A stretch of DNA of 64,000 bases from NCBI RefSeq assembly GCF_006345805.1, contig NC_042998.1:141608001-141672000 (forward strand), read 5' to 3'. Positions 39,127 through 52,209 of the stretch are shown here, piece after piece. The notes beneath the pieces were generated by a model. The model was not told the origin of the DNA and ran no database searches. It saw nothing but the letters and a program-made list of their open reading frames with translations. The position numbers and the translations under genes were made by a program. Position 1 is the stretch's first letter, and the number at the start of each line of letters is the position of its first letter. The stretch comes from Octopus sinensis (Eukaryota).

Positions 39127-41019
39127 TTAAGCTGGTTCTTCTAAAATATTGTGAAATTTGTCTCATCAATTTAATTCAATAAAACTGGAGGCCTTTAAAA
39201 GCCCCTTGAAGTATAGGAATAATTTAGAAGATTTTCTATATTTACACTGTTCATATTCCTCAGTTGAGATAACTTTGGTAAGTAGGCACCAGATTGTCTG
39301 AGAAATGTTATGTGATCTCATACTATTGAAATCTAAAGTGAAACTTTGGCCTTTGACATCTGTTTTTGTCAGAATGCATACAGTATAAAAATGTGAATCT
39401 TGGCAATTTCAGATGTTTCTGCATGTTGGACAAGGTACACTTATATTTGTATTTCTATTTTCACAGATAAACGCTGACCCTAATGACTATCTTGAATGTC
39501 ATCATCATCATCACCATCATCATTTAATGTCTGCCTTCCATACTGGTTTGACAAGAGCCAGCCAGGCAGTAGCCTGCATCAGACTTCTGTAACTGGTTTG
39601 GCAGGATTTTTACAGCTGGATGCCCTTCCTAACACCAACCACTCAGCAGAGTGGAATTAGTGCTTTTTATGTAGCACAAGCACAGGCAAGGTCAGCTTTG
39701 GCAAGGTTTTTACAGCTGGATGCCTTTCCAAATGCTAACCACTTTACAGTGTGGACTGGGTGCTTTTAAGTGACAGGGTCATTGGAGGTGATCTTGAAAG
39801 AGGGAGACAGCAGAATAGAGATGGTGGCAAAGTGCCAGGCATACTCACAAGGGATGGGATGGTTGAGTAAAGGAAGAGAGAGATGAATAAAATATGTCCA
39901 TCTACACAATACAGTGACCAACACAATTTCTATTTCTTCAAGCAATTGCAATCAAGATGCACTCCACCACACTGTCATGTGAATCTCTGTCCCTGACGAG
40001 TTTTGGTAGGTCCTAAATTTCAGGTTGTCTCTTTGTCTCTCTCTTTCTCCCTCTCTGCTGATAACATCATTATAGTTGAGCGGTCTTTGTCTGCTATTAG
40101 GGTGTGGAAATCTCTGAAATATAACATCCAATAAGGTTTGATGTTTAGAAGGATAATACTGGCCTGCAAAGACTACACTGTCTTTAGTAGCAATAGCAGA
40201 GATAGTTGGAATGTTTCTATAAAATCTCCTCTTTGGTCTTGCGTTGAGGCCATGAGAGGTTTTGAACCTTTCATGAGCTTCCTTCTTGAAACACATGTAT
40301 AAAAGAATAAAAAAAAAAATCTGTGCCACAGCAGATTGAAATTTAAAAGGTATGGTGCTGTAGAATTGTCTGGACAAAATAGCCTTATAAAAAGCTAAGA
40401 AAATCAATCTAACACATTTCAAGATGATCTAAATGCAATGATTTCTAGTGCCCTCACTCAACCATCTCTAAAGGAATGTAACAATTCATTTGCTCACTAA
40501 TTAGCAACGTTAAATATGACTAAACACAATTGTGGAACACACAATACAAAGCAGTCTGTAATGAAGGAGTGCTCCCGTATGATCTCAATTGAGGTACCTA
40601 AAATGAACTAAAGAACCATCTGTAATAGAGGAAATGTTGACTCAATACTCTAGTGTTAAGTCACACCCACATCACTTTGGAATCTGAAATATTAATGCTT
40701 TGTTTCTTTTATTTAGGTTTACACATGCTATTATGTACACACACACACACACATGCATCTTTTGATTTCTTTCTTTTAAGCACTCCCATTTTTTTTGTGT
40801 GAGAAAACAGTTATGTTATTCAACCACAGCATAATGCTACCGTTAGTTTATTAACCTTGGATAAATGAATATAAAGACTGGCCTAAAGAAAGTGTTGGTT
40901 AAAAACTAATAGCACAAAACACATTGATCGGTTCTCTCCCACACATGTACACTCAGAAGCAGCCATACACAATTCTCTCTCACTCTACATACATAAAGAT
41001 GTTAAAACCTGTGGAAATA

Positions 41020-41995
41020 TCATTATCCTCACCATTGTTTAACGTTCGTTTTCCATGCTGGCATGGGTTGGACAGTTTGACTGAGGTCTGGAGAACCAGC
41101 AGCTGTACCAGGCTCCAATCTGATCTGCCAATATTTCTACAGCTGGATGCCCTTCCAAACACCAACCACTCTGAGTGGGTGTAGTGGGTGCTTTTTATGT
41201 ACAACCGGCAAAGGAACCAGTCAGGTAGGCTTGGCATTGATCACGTTCAGATAGCACTTTTTATGTGCCACCAGCACGGGGGACAGTCAGGGGGTACTGG
41301 CATTGGCCACGTTTGGATGGTCCCTTTTACATGCCTCTGGCACGGGGGCCAGTCAGGCAGACCTGGCACTGACCACATTCGGATGGTGCTTTTCAAGTGC
41401 CACTGGTATGGGGCCCAGTCAAGGGGCACTGGTTACAGCTATGATATTGGTTTTACTTGACTCAACAAGTCTTCTCAAGCATATCATATTGCCGATGCAT
41501 CAGGGGTACTCTTAACTGGGCTGGACATGCATGGCTGTAAACTCACTTTAGTTGTTAGATCTTTCAATCACAGCATATCTCCAAATGTCATGCTTCGCCA
41601 CTTCATCCCATGCCTTCTAGAGTCTATCTCTTCCACAAGTTCCTTCCACAGTTAGGGAGTGGCACTTCCTTACACAGCTGTCCTCATCCATATGTAACAC
41701 ATGACCATACCAACACAGTTGTCTCTCTTGCACACCATATTTGATGCTTCTTATGACCAACTTTTCTCTCAGGGTGTTTACACTCTGTTGTGTATGCACA
41801 CAACAGGGTGTTTACACTCTGTTGTGTATGCACACAAATATTACACATCCAGCAGATCACACTAGCTTCATTTCTTTGAAGCCTACACATGTCCTCAGTA
41901 GTCATAGCTCATGTTTCACTGCCGTATAGCATGGCAGTTCACACACATGCATCATACAGTCTACTTTTCATCCTGAGCGAGAGGTCCTTAATTGC
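41020..41995 (-). mobile_element. RTE LINE 3' fragment (end of RT ORF and 3' UTR)
   Basis: EDMCRLQRNEASVICWMCN and QERQLCWYGHVLHMDEDSCVRKC...VEGTCGR are typical of the RTE ORF C-terminus. A 34-bp tandem duplication is at 41770-41837. The 3' UTR carries ~50-bp tandem units at 41185-41440. Confidence 0.9.
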
Positions 41996-42156
41996 TAGCA
42001 GAGGTAGGAGCTTCCTGAATGTAGATATATTTATATGTATATATGCAAAAGTAGGAATGTACCTTTAGGTATGTATATTATGAACATGAATATGCATGTG
42101 TGTGTATATAGGTAGTGCCCCAGCATGACCACAGCCAATGACTGAAACAAAAGGTA

Positions 42157-42206
<50 letters not shown>

Positions 42207-42239
42207 CATATACATACACATATATACATATACATGCAA

Positions 42240-42449
42240 GGTGGTGAACTGGCAGAGTCATTAGCATGCCGAACAAAATGCTAAGTGGTATTTCTTCTGA
42301 CTTTACATTCTGAGTTCAAATTCCGTTGAGGTCGAATTTGCCTTTCACCCTTTTGGGATTGATATATTAAGTACAAGTTGAGCACTGGGGGTCAATGTAA
42401 TTGACTAAACCCCTCCCCCAAAATGCTGGTCTTGTGCCAAAATTTGAAA

Positions 42450-42452
<3 letters not shown>
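42240..42452 (+). mobile_element. SINE family B
   Basis: GGTGGTGAACTGGCAGAG head and GAGTTCAAATTCC B box. Confidence 0.85.
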
Positions 42453-42504
<52 letters not shown>

Positions 42505-42576
42505 TGAATCCAAACAAAGAAGAACAAACAAGAAAAAACAATAACATGAGGATGTGGTACAAGTACTGTATCATCA

Positions 42577-42633
42577 GACGTTCAGGAAAGGAAGGAAAGA
42601 GGATTTAACGTTTCGAGCCTTACTCTTCTTTAG
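42577..42633 (-). ncRNA. Degenerate hammerhead-ribozyme-like motif
   Basis: The minus strand reads CTAAAGA-A-GAG-TAAGG-CTC-GAAA-CGTT-(24 nt)-AACG-TC. Stem II, GAAA, stem III and a GUC site are present; the core has G5>A and stem I is not evident. Confidence 0.55.
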
Positions 42634-43832
42634 AAATAGAGGAAAGTCCAAAGAAAGGGAAGATGGAGGAAGAAAATCGCCAATGATACACATGCGGTTA
42701 CATTTCAAAATGACTGGAAGGGAATGGGTGAAGAAAAAGTTCTTTCTAAGACAGAAGAGTGCAAGAGAAGGAGATATGTGTGTGTGTGTGCGTGTGCATG
42801 GGCACAGGTCTGTGTATGTGTGTGGTTTTGGCTGTTTATATGTGTGTGTGTGTGTATGTGTGAGTGGACTTCGTGTTGCTTAATGTCGTAGGAAGAATTT
42901 ACAGTAGGAATTTTATGCCAGTATTATTCATCTCATGACTGCCTCTACCTTTGTTACTCATATTTCCACCACCCATATCTCTATTGGTCATCTCTCAATC
43001 ACTGATATCCCATAAAGGGGCAATGTTGTTATTTTGCTACTTATACAGCATGGAAACTGGGTAACTGGCCCTACAAATCCTAGAACTTGAAACAACACAT
43101 TACTTACTTTTACTATATTGATAAATTTGATTCTAGTACTTTGAGAAAGAAAAGTAGGAAAGCAGCACAAGGTGATGCAGGTAATACACACACATACACC
43201 TGCTCACTCACTCAGAATTAAGTGGTTCAGCATGAGGATTTCTGGATAATTCAGTAATAGGGATCACATAATATTTCATTCTATTATGGAAATTTGCGAT
43301 CAATATTTTCAGATTTCAGAAATACCTTTGACAGTATTCTGTTTAATATCTACCAACGATATTTCCAAAGGAAATGGATTCGTCTTTCTAAAGTGGACTA
43401 AATGTAGAATAAAGGACCAAGATCAAAAGCATTTACTTTTTTTTGCGATGTATTAATTCAAAAACATAAAGAAATAAAGAATAAAATGAACATGAAGGAA
43501 CACTTAAGAAATTCTGGTATGCTAGAAATCAGTTGCATCGTTCATTGATCTAAAGTATGGAAATCAGTTATGATTTCCATCATCGTCTGAGGCAAGTTGT
43601 GGTGTAAAGCACAAATACTTAGAGAGAGGGGGGGGGAGAGAGAGGGGGGAGAGAGAGAGGGGAGGAGAAACACTGGAGGAAGGCATTTAAAATATATTTG
43701 GATGGTACAAAAATTCTGGGGTATCAAACATAAGACTCATGGGCTGGATCTCACCCACAGTAGTGCTTAGTCCAGGCCCTGGCCCACTCTTCCTCCTCCT
43801 CCTCCTCATTATTATTATTATTATTATTCAGT

Positions 43833-44045
43833 TGGTGAGCTGGCAGAATGGTTAGCATACTGGGCAAAAATGCTTGATGGTATTTTACCCGTTGCTATGT
43901 TCTGAGTTCAAATTCCGCTGAGGTTGACTTTTCCTTCCATCCTTTGGGGTCAATAAGTCAAGTACCAGTGAAACATGAGGGTTGATGTAATCGACTAGTC
44001 ACCTCTCCACAAATTTCAGGCCTTGTTCCTTTAGTAGAAAGGATT
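43833..44045 (+). mobile_element. SINE family B with long (TAT)n tail
   Basis: GGTGAGCTGGCAGAATGGTTAGC head, B box GAGTTCAAATTCC, and the tail microsatellite extending to ~44117. Confidence 0.88.
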
Positions 44046-46458
44046 ATTATTATTATTATTATTATTATCATTATTATTATTATTATTATCATTATTATTA
44101 TTATTATTATCATTATTCAACATGTGGTAGTTTCAGATAAATTTCTACTGCATCACATGCTACACCACTGTGTTGCTGGGGTGTGTGCAGTATTGTATGG
44201 TACTTTTTTGTTGTTGTTGTTGAGAGCGTGTGAACTCTTCCCAGTATTGTATTGCATCAGTTTGCTTTGTTATGGGGTATGGTTGCAGTCTTTTTTTTTG
44301 TATTGGTGTTTGTATTGTGTGTTGTGTGTATAAGGTGAGCTGTGTTCTTTCGTTGGGTAGTCAGCTCATTGGTAGTGGTTTATTTTATTGGATGTTTCCT
44401 ATATACACCGTGTCTTGTGTTTGTGGATTGTTCTGTTTGGGTTATATTATTAAATTGATAGTGTCTTATTATTTAGTATCCTTTTTTTTCCAAGCTGGTA
44501 GCAGGACTGGATTGTTTCAATGGCTTGATGCTCTTCCTAACATCAACAACTTTACAGTGTGTACTGGGTGCTTTTTTCATGTCACCAGCATAAGTGAGGT
44601 TGTCAAGGAACTTGCAAGGTAAGAAAAGAACAGGAGTGAGATATTTTTTAATTCTGAAATATTCTGTAAAGGATGTATATCACAAGCATGCATTCTTGCA
44701 AATTGGAACCTGACTGGAGTTATAATCAAAGCCAGTTCTAATTGATGAAATTGGTAAATCTTTGAGAATCTTTTGTCATTTCCACCAATGGAAAAGAAAC
44801 TTATGATCTACAGTAAAATGTCTATAGATGTTGAGCCAAATGGAAGTTGAACAGAGATTTTTAGGAACAATGGTCTCCATTGAACCTGCAAGATCTAGTC
44901 TATGCTTCAGTTCAGTTCACAAAACTAAACAACTTTGGACACCCTAGTATAGACACTCTGCTCAGTCAGTAAAAGAGAGGATTAGGTCAGGCTGAAGGGG
45001 AAGAGACACATAATGCACTTTGTCAGCAGGGAGATCAGATAGTATTTTTGTCCCACAACCAAATACAGAAATATTGAGCTAGAAGATAAAATAAAGTCAC
45101 TAGAACTGGTGGGGTTATTTTGCCAGCTTGAATTGGACAGGCGGTAAAAATAGATTTGTATGTTGGCGTTGCATATTTCTGTGAGACACAGAGATTAAAG
45201 TTTCATGGGGAGCGCTGTGTCAGGCAAGGAATGATCTTCAGGATGTTGACCATTTTTCATTTGAAACCACCTTATCCTACTTTTTTTATATCACCATTTC
45301 TTTTCCTTAACATCAACTTTTCTAGTCGTTTTTATATAGATAAATTAGTTTTAGTTGAAACTGAAACTATATGTATGTATATGTGTGTGTGTGTGTTCTG
45401 ATAAACAAACAAAAAAAGGTAAGATGAATGCCGTGGGAAAGTTGGTAGAAGATGATGTTTTAAGATTAAATCTTAGTTAAAACATAAAGTGACCTTGAAA
45501 TCCTCTCCTCTCCAATTTCTCACAGAGGCAAATTTGTCTCTTTCTCGAAATAATTTTCTTTTTTCTTCATTTTCTTTTTTTTTAAAATTTTCCATGATAG
45601 TTTTCCTGCTGATACAGACTAGATTTGTTTTGTTTTAATTCCATTCACACATACACACACGGTTTGCAATTTGATCAACTAGAAAGTACTACTACCAACT
45701 TACCACCAAGTGTTTTACTATAATATTTGTACAAGCTTTAGTACCAGAAAGACACCGAAATAAAAAAGCCTGCTGCTTGGTGTATTTATTAATGATGGTT
45801 GCACAAACCATTTATACAGAAGTAAGCTTAGCTTAGTTGAGCCATTACCCACCAGAGACTATGACCTGGTAGCTTTTCCTATGCATTTGCTAGTTGTTCT
45901 GGTTACCTATGCTGTTGCAAACAAACATAGACATACTCTGAATGCTCCCACCCATAACCCAGTGGAACACAAAGGATATAAAAGCTGGAAGGAGAGAGAA
46001 GTGGTACTAATTTCCAGCTGAGTAGATACAAGGAAAGATATTTAACCTCTACTGCCCATATAGAATACAGCCCATCCTTGTTGGTCATGCAATCTCAGTT
46101 GTAACCCAACACCATCAAATTTGGTTACTCCCACATAAAGACTGTTGTTACCAATGTGTTCATACTCCACTAAACGATGACCCAGCTACTGACTTGTATC
46201 AACGTTTCACCCTACCACATGTGGTACTCAATATAAAGAACTGATGTCACTGAATATACTATGCCACAGACTGCTGCCAAAGTAACACCCAACATCCTGG
46301 CAACATCCTATCCAAATACAGGGGCTTGAAAATAAAGAAAATAGCTGGTGTTGCTTTGATAGCATTAATACCACATGACCTGAACTGACCAATAGGGATC
46401 TAAACATCTAGAAGTTATCTTGAATTTCTCTCAAACCTTTCACTCTGCCTCCTAGCAT

Positions 46459-46517
46459 CTGATGAGGTGGGCATGTCCATTGTGCCCACAAAACTTTAAG
46501 GTACATGAAACTGAGTC
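46459..46517 (+). ncRNA. Hammerhead-ribozyme-like motif with a single core change
   Basis: CTGATGA-G-GTGGGCA-(9 nt)-TGCCCAC-AAAAC, with a perfect 7-bp stem II. GAAAC appears as AAAAC, consistent with CpG decay. A possible stem III (ACTT/GAGT) is followed by C at 46517. Confidence 0.6.
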
Positions 46518-47620
46518 AAATTTATTAAAAATATGTAACTCCAACCAAATATGCTAGGTGTTACATTTGTACACACACACACACAATCTTTACACTTTTT
46601 TTTTCTTTTTTTACAAGAGGTATAAATGTAATAATTTATATTATGAGCCATCTCTAGTTCAATTTTTAACCAATGACATTCTGGAAAATTTAGCAGGTTT
46701 ATTTGAAGTTTGATCTTTTCCAATAGTGATATTCATGTATTTTCTTACTGATGTTGTGAGTGAATTGTTTTTTTTTAATCTATTAAAATTAAAGCAGAAC
46801 AGTATGCCAACATGATACTGAACTCTCCGGGCCAACTTAGCATTGTCTTTGTGTAGCGATAAAATAATTAACTTTGAAAATGCTAAAATAATTGATAAAA
46901 CAAAAGTATTCAAAGTTTGTGGGTCATTAGTAAACATTCTATTTTTATTGAGAAGACCAGTTAGTGAGTGATATGTAGTGAATGACTAAGTAGTTGAAAC
47001 AGAGCAAGATCTAACATTTCTGATACAGGTAAGCAAAGTAGCTGGAAAATATATTTTTATAAATATATATATATATATAAAATGTAAATCAGTAACAAAA
47101 ATGTACAGGTGTCAATTCATTATAGCTGTTTCAAGTGACTTCTTTAATTGATTAATGAAAACATTACATCATTTGAAAGAAACTGTTCTCATCAGATGAC
47201 CACACAGATGTCAAACATAAAGGATTATACTGACCTAACAAGGTACCTCAATTTAAGTACCTAATTCAACAAAATCTTTATTATATATATATAATATATA
47301 TATTATTAGATAATAAATTGTATGGTATACATTTGGTAGCTTACTGGTAAAGCACATTCATTTTCACAGTGTTTGTATGATTAATGAAAGACATGGAAGA
47401 TATGAGAATGTTTATTGATCACCTTAATTGTTTCAATCCATCTAGCATTTATCCCTCATGGGTGGGATACTTAACAGCTGGTTTAGGAGTATCTACACCA
47501 ATGGATACTCCTAAACCAGTTGTTCAGTATCCCACCTATGAGAGATCAATACTAGATGGGTTATAACAATTGTAGTGATCAATAAACATTTTTTCATCTT
47601 CCACCTCTCTCATTACTTGA

Positions 47621-47683
<63 letters not shown>

Positions 47684-48653
47684 GAGGCATGGGTATGTGG
47701 TAAGAAGCTTGCTTTACAACAACATGGTTTTAGGTTCAGTCCCACTGCATGGCACCTTAGATATGGCACCAAGTCTCTTCCACTATAGTCTTGAGCTGAT
47801 TAAAGCTTTGTGAGAGGAGTTGATAGATGGAAAGTGGATGTTAAAATGATGATGATGATGATGTTGATGATTATACATGTTAGAAGAGCAACCAACAGAC
47901 AAGATTATTCAGTCACTATAATATATTGTTACTAAATACAACAGAGTGGAAGTTATTTTGTACTTGAAGAGAAGCAGATTGTACAGCAACTGTTATAAAT
48001 AGCACTGAAGTAATTAATGATATTCTCTTGTGAGGGAATTGTGCGCCAGCGAATAAGTACATTGTATTGCATTTTAAGCATGAAAATTAATGATTTCATT
48101 AAACATTTAAAGAAAGGATTTTGCTTTTAAGTGTAGTAACTTGAGTATTTTGTTGAATAAAGAGTAATACAGAATGATCATATGTTACAGTGAAGTAGGT
48201 TTTGGCATCAATTGGTCACAAACAAATGAAGAATGATCTATATTTTAAATGCAGTATTTTAGTATGTGATGAGGCAGCTGGAGTATTAAGTACTGGTACA
48301 CTGCTCTATTCTATCTCTCCCCCTCTCTCTTTCTTCCTCCAGCTGTCATATCCTACATGCTTTGCTGAGTCTAGGATCAAGGGGGCCAAGAGTTTGTCTC
48401 TGTCCATTCATGACTATACAGGCATCTAAAACAATTAGTGAAAGCAGAGTACATGTGACTATGCCATAGTCATTTGTGATAGCTGGGTGTCTTCAATGAA
48501 GGTTGGAAAATTTTGGCAAAAAACCAATTTAATAAAAACACAAAATAAGATAATGTTAATGTGCAGTGAGGAGTAGATAATTCAAATAGTCTTGGACAGC
48601 ATTCTTCTTTGGAGAATCTATTTACTATGAAAATATTGTGCATTATATATATA

Positions 48654-48690
<37 letters not shown>

Positions 48691-50059
48691 TGTATTCCAG
48701 TGCTGTCATTGGTTAAAAGAGTCACAGCTGGCTGAGTTGTTATCACACTGGTTTATCTACTGAGGGAGTAAACCAATTAATTTCCTATTACTGGTGCTTT
48801 TGTTGTGTAGCTAGCAAAGACATTTTACTCTGAAAAACCCTGTTTACCTGGCTGTAAAATACAGGTAGTCCTCAAAATTAATACAATTACTTTTTGTCTC
48901 TATTTGGTCAGTGTTTGGTGAATGAAATAATAGTTACTTTTGTGTGAATATACACACAGCACTCAAAATTCATCTGTTCAAATTTATTACTTCTCAGACT
49001 ATCAAAAATTTGATGAACATGAAAAAAGAAATGAAATATCTGAATCTTGAGAACTGCCCCTTAGTAATATGAGCAATAGAAGTCATTACTTGTAAGTAGC
49101 AAGAAGAATAATTGATGAATAACTGTAAGGATAGGATAACTATGACAATCAGTGAAGGATAAACAGTAAATATAATTGATGAGGGTTTCAAACTGCTTTT
49201 TAATCATATTTCTGCGAAACTATCTGCCTTCTGTCATTTTGAAAATAATGAAGAACTTAAACTAACTTTGGTGCTTAAAACACAAATTAACATGAAATTT
49301 TGATGGAAAGTCTTAATCAAGATTATTTAAAACAAGATATTTGTATCATACAATCAGGGATGGTCTCAAGCAAGTTGGTATTAAAAAGTTTAACTCATAG
49401 TTTTGGAGTCAACCTTTTATGATCCCAGAGAAACCAAAGAACAGATAACTCAAATGTATCTGATCCTGAAGGACTGCACGGAAATACAATTGTCAAAACA
49501 ATCCAGTTTATTTTGTGAATGGAGACATTACTACTAAACATTTAAATGGCTTTTTTGTTTCTTTTACCATATAGAATGGAAAGGCATGCATAACCTTTAT
49601 GTCAAATAAAGTAAAAAAATAAAAGGTAAAAAAAAAGTGGTTAAAAGTGGTTAATTCCTCCATTTTCAAGCAAATAGGAAGTAGTGAGGAAGAAATGGCA
49701 GATAAAGATATCCATGTTATATCAAACAGTGTTCTTGAGTTCATGGACTTCCAGCTGAATGTATTTCTAAAGTCAAGAAGCATATGCATATATTGTTAAT
49801 ATTAATAATCAACCATGATGCTAGGGTCCCATCATGGTTACAGTGCAACAATAAGAATATCATTATAGATTTGGAACTGTGTCATCCGGGAATTAATTCC
49901 ATTCTTCCAATACAGAAGTAATTTGAATGGATAAAAATAAACTGAATCCTTTTGCAACCATATTTATCAGAAGAGACTACCTGTAGTTTCAGTGTTTAGT
50001 ATATATTATTTTGCTTAGAACACAAGAGAAAATAGTTTATGTGCTGAAATGTTGGTGTA

Positions 50060-50780
50060 GAACAGTGCCACAGCTGGCACCAGACCACTCTGAACTGTGG
50101 AACATCATCTCAATTCTTCAGAACACTCTTACTTGCAACTTGCCGTTTCTTCACCATGGATCTCCTGGCTCTAATTTGCATCATTAACAACAATTTTTCT
50201 CCTTAACACATCTCACTTCTCCTCTAATAATACGTGATAAACCCATATGCTTGATAAATACTCTCATGTACACTTAAACCCCATCTACACACACACATTT
50301 ATATCTTGCTCGTACCACCCACACAGTAGTATACTATATCCATCTCTACTCTCCATAACACATACACACACACAAACACACACACGCACAAACATGCTCA
50401 TACACAATCCCCAACACATACATACATAACACACCCTTACACACTTTTAAACCAATTCTTGCTCACCTTGCTTATTTTCCCTTGCTGTCATTCCTTTAGC
50501 AGTTAAGCTCCATTTTACCTACTTCTCATCTTTTATTCCTATACTGCCCTTTCTTTAAACAACACTGCTTTTCATATAACATTATTTTTATTTTATGCCC
50601 ATTGTCTAGAAATCTTTTGTCACACATCCTGTGACTTCTTCAGTGACTCTCCATCCCATGTGTCTCCCCTTGTTCTGTTTAGTCTAATTATTTTTATCCT
50701 TCTCCCCTTATTCATGATGAAGGACGACTGCCTGAAACATTGAAATTATTTATTTCTATTCCTTCTCAATGAGGTAATTA
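50060..50780 (+). mobile_element. Probable Penelope-like element 3' end (GIY-YIG tail, CA-rich UTR, hammerhead remnant)
   Basis: TVEHHLNSSEHS (from 50094) resembles the VA-HFN---HS motif near GIY-YIG C-termini. Downstream is ATGATGA-AGG-ACGACTG-CCT-GAAAC with CATTGA/TCAATG pairing (50714-50771). Confidence 0.45.
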
Positions 50781-52209
50781 TGGACATGTAACCTTGTTTA
50801 TTATTGATTCATTCATCAATGATAACATGGATCAGCTATCAATCAAAGATTCTGCTTGTACTGCAAAAACATGCTCCAGCAAACACCCACAATGATCAGC
50901 TACCCGGAATGCACTGTCTATTGCTTGTATTTACAGACCATGCTGTGAAGTTGCATATTTTTTATATGGATGTAGGTACTGATACCCAGCACCATGGGAC
51001 CAGAGAACAGAAAAACTATGAAGGCACCTGACCTTCACAGATGATGCAGGCAAGTGTATTTTCTAAAGGAAAAAATAGAGACGATCAAGAAAATACATGA
51101 TGGCAGAAGCATCACTGCTGTGGGCCACAAATTTGGTATCAATTGATTGACCATTCATTCCATTTACAAAATGTATGGAGATGATTCGTTTATCACTGAT
51201 TCATTTACCACTGTATTTTTCGGAACCAGCATCCTCTGATAAATGAAGATAGGTGTACTTTTGTACACTTGTTCATTTTTATTATTTCATTTTAATTTCT
51301 TCTCAAGAATCTCTCTGGATGATAGTATTATTGGTGTTTCTTTGTATCTAATTTTAGCTAAGTAAAATGAAGATGTTAAGAACACAACAAAAGTATAAAA
51401 AGAAATTCACAAAAACTTGAAAGCGCAAACAACACTTCAATAATGGTTAGTCAATAGAATGGAGAAGCTGTTTATCTTTAAGATTTTCAACAGATGTAAT
51501 GAGTTTGTCTTGAGACATGCATATCTACATCAAAAATGTAACCTCTCTTAGACAAAGAATCAAAGAGGTTTCATATTTCAGATAAATTCTTGGGATGGGT
51601 GAGTGGCTAGGTGAAGGGGACCCTCTACAATCTATGTTGTTATTGTCTTTTTTCTTCTTCTTCCCCTTCATTTTCGTCATATCTCTGATGTTCATAGCAA
51701 CAACATGAGTAACATGTTTTCCTGTATTAGTAATAATTGTTTGTTTGTTTGTTTGATACCTGATTTTCCATATTAGTATTCGATGGATGGAAACTAATTC
51801 TGAGGTAGGATTTTATGGCTGGACACTCATCCTGTCACCAACCCATACCTGTTTTCCAGGTAAAGGATTTTTGAATTTTACAGGTTTCTCAATGTGCAGA
51901 GTGACTGACCAGTCACGATCTCAACAGGATTGTCAGTATCAGCACTGCTTTGCTCTCATGGTGACAAGAAAAATATCAACAAACATAAACATTTGCACAT
52001 TTACACACTCAAATCTGTGTGTGAGGGGGCAATTGATTTAAACCCAATGCAATGAAAAAGATGCTTAGTTAAAATTAGTGAGATTTGAACCCAGAACATA
52101 CAGAGATGAAACATAATACTGTCAGGTGATTTTTCTATCAGTCCACCATCACAGCATCATTTTTAATAATTTCACATTTACATGGTAAACAAACGAATAA
52201 TGGTTTGGT

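Noticed and set aside
41185-41440. CRISPR-like repeat array
   Set aside because: The context is eukaryotic, the units are contiguous with no unique spacers, and the array lies in an RTE 3' UTR.
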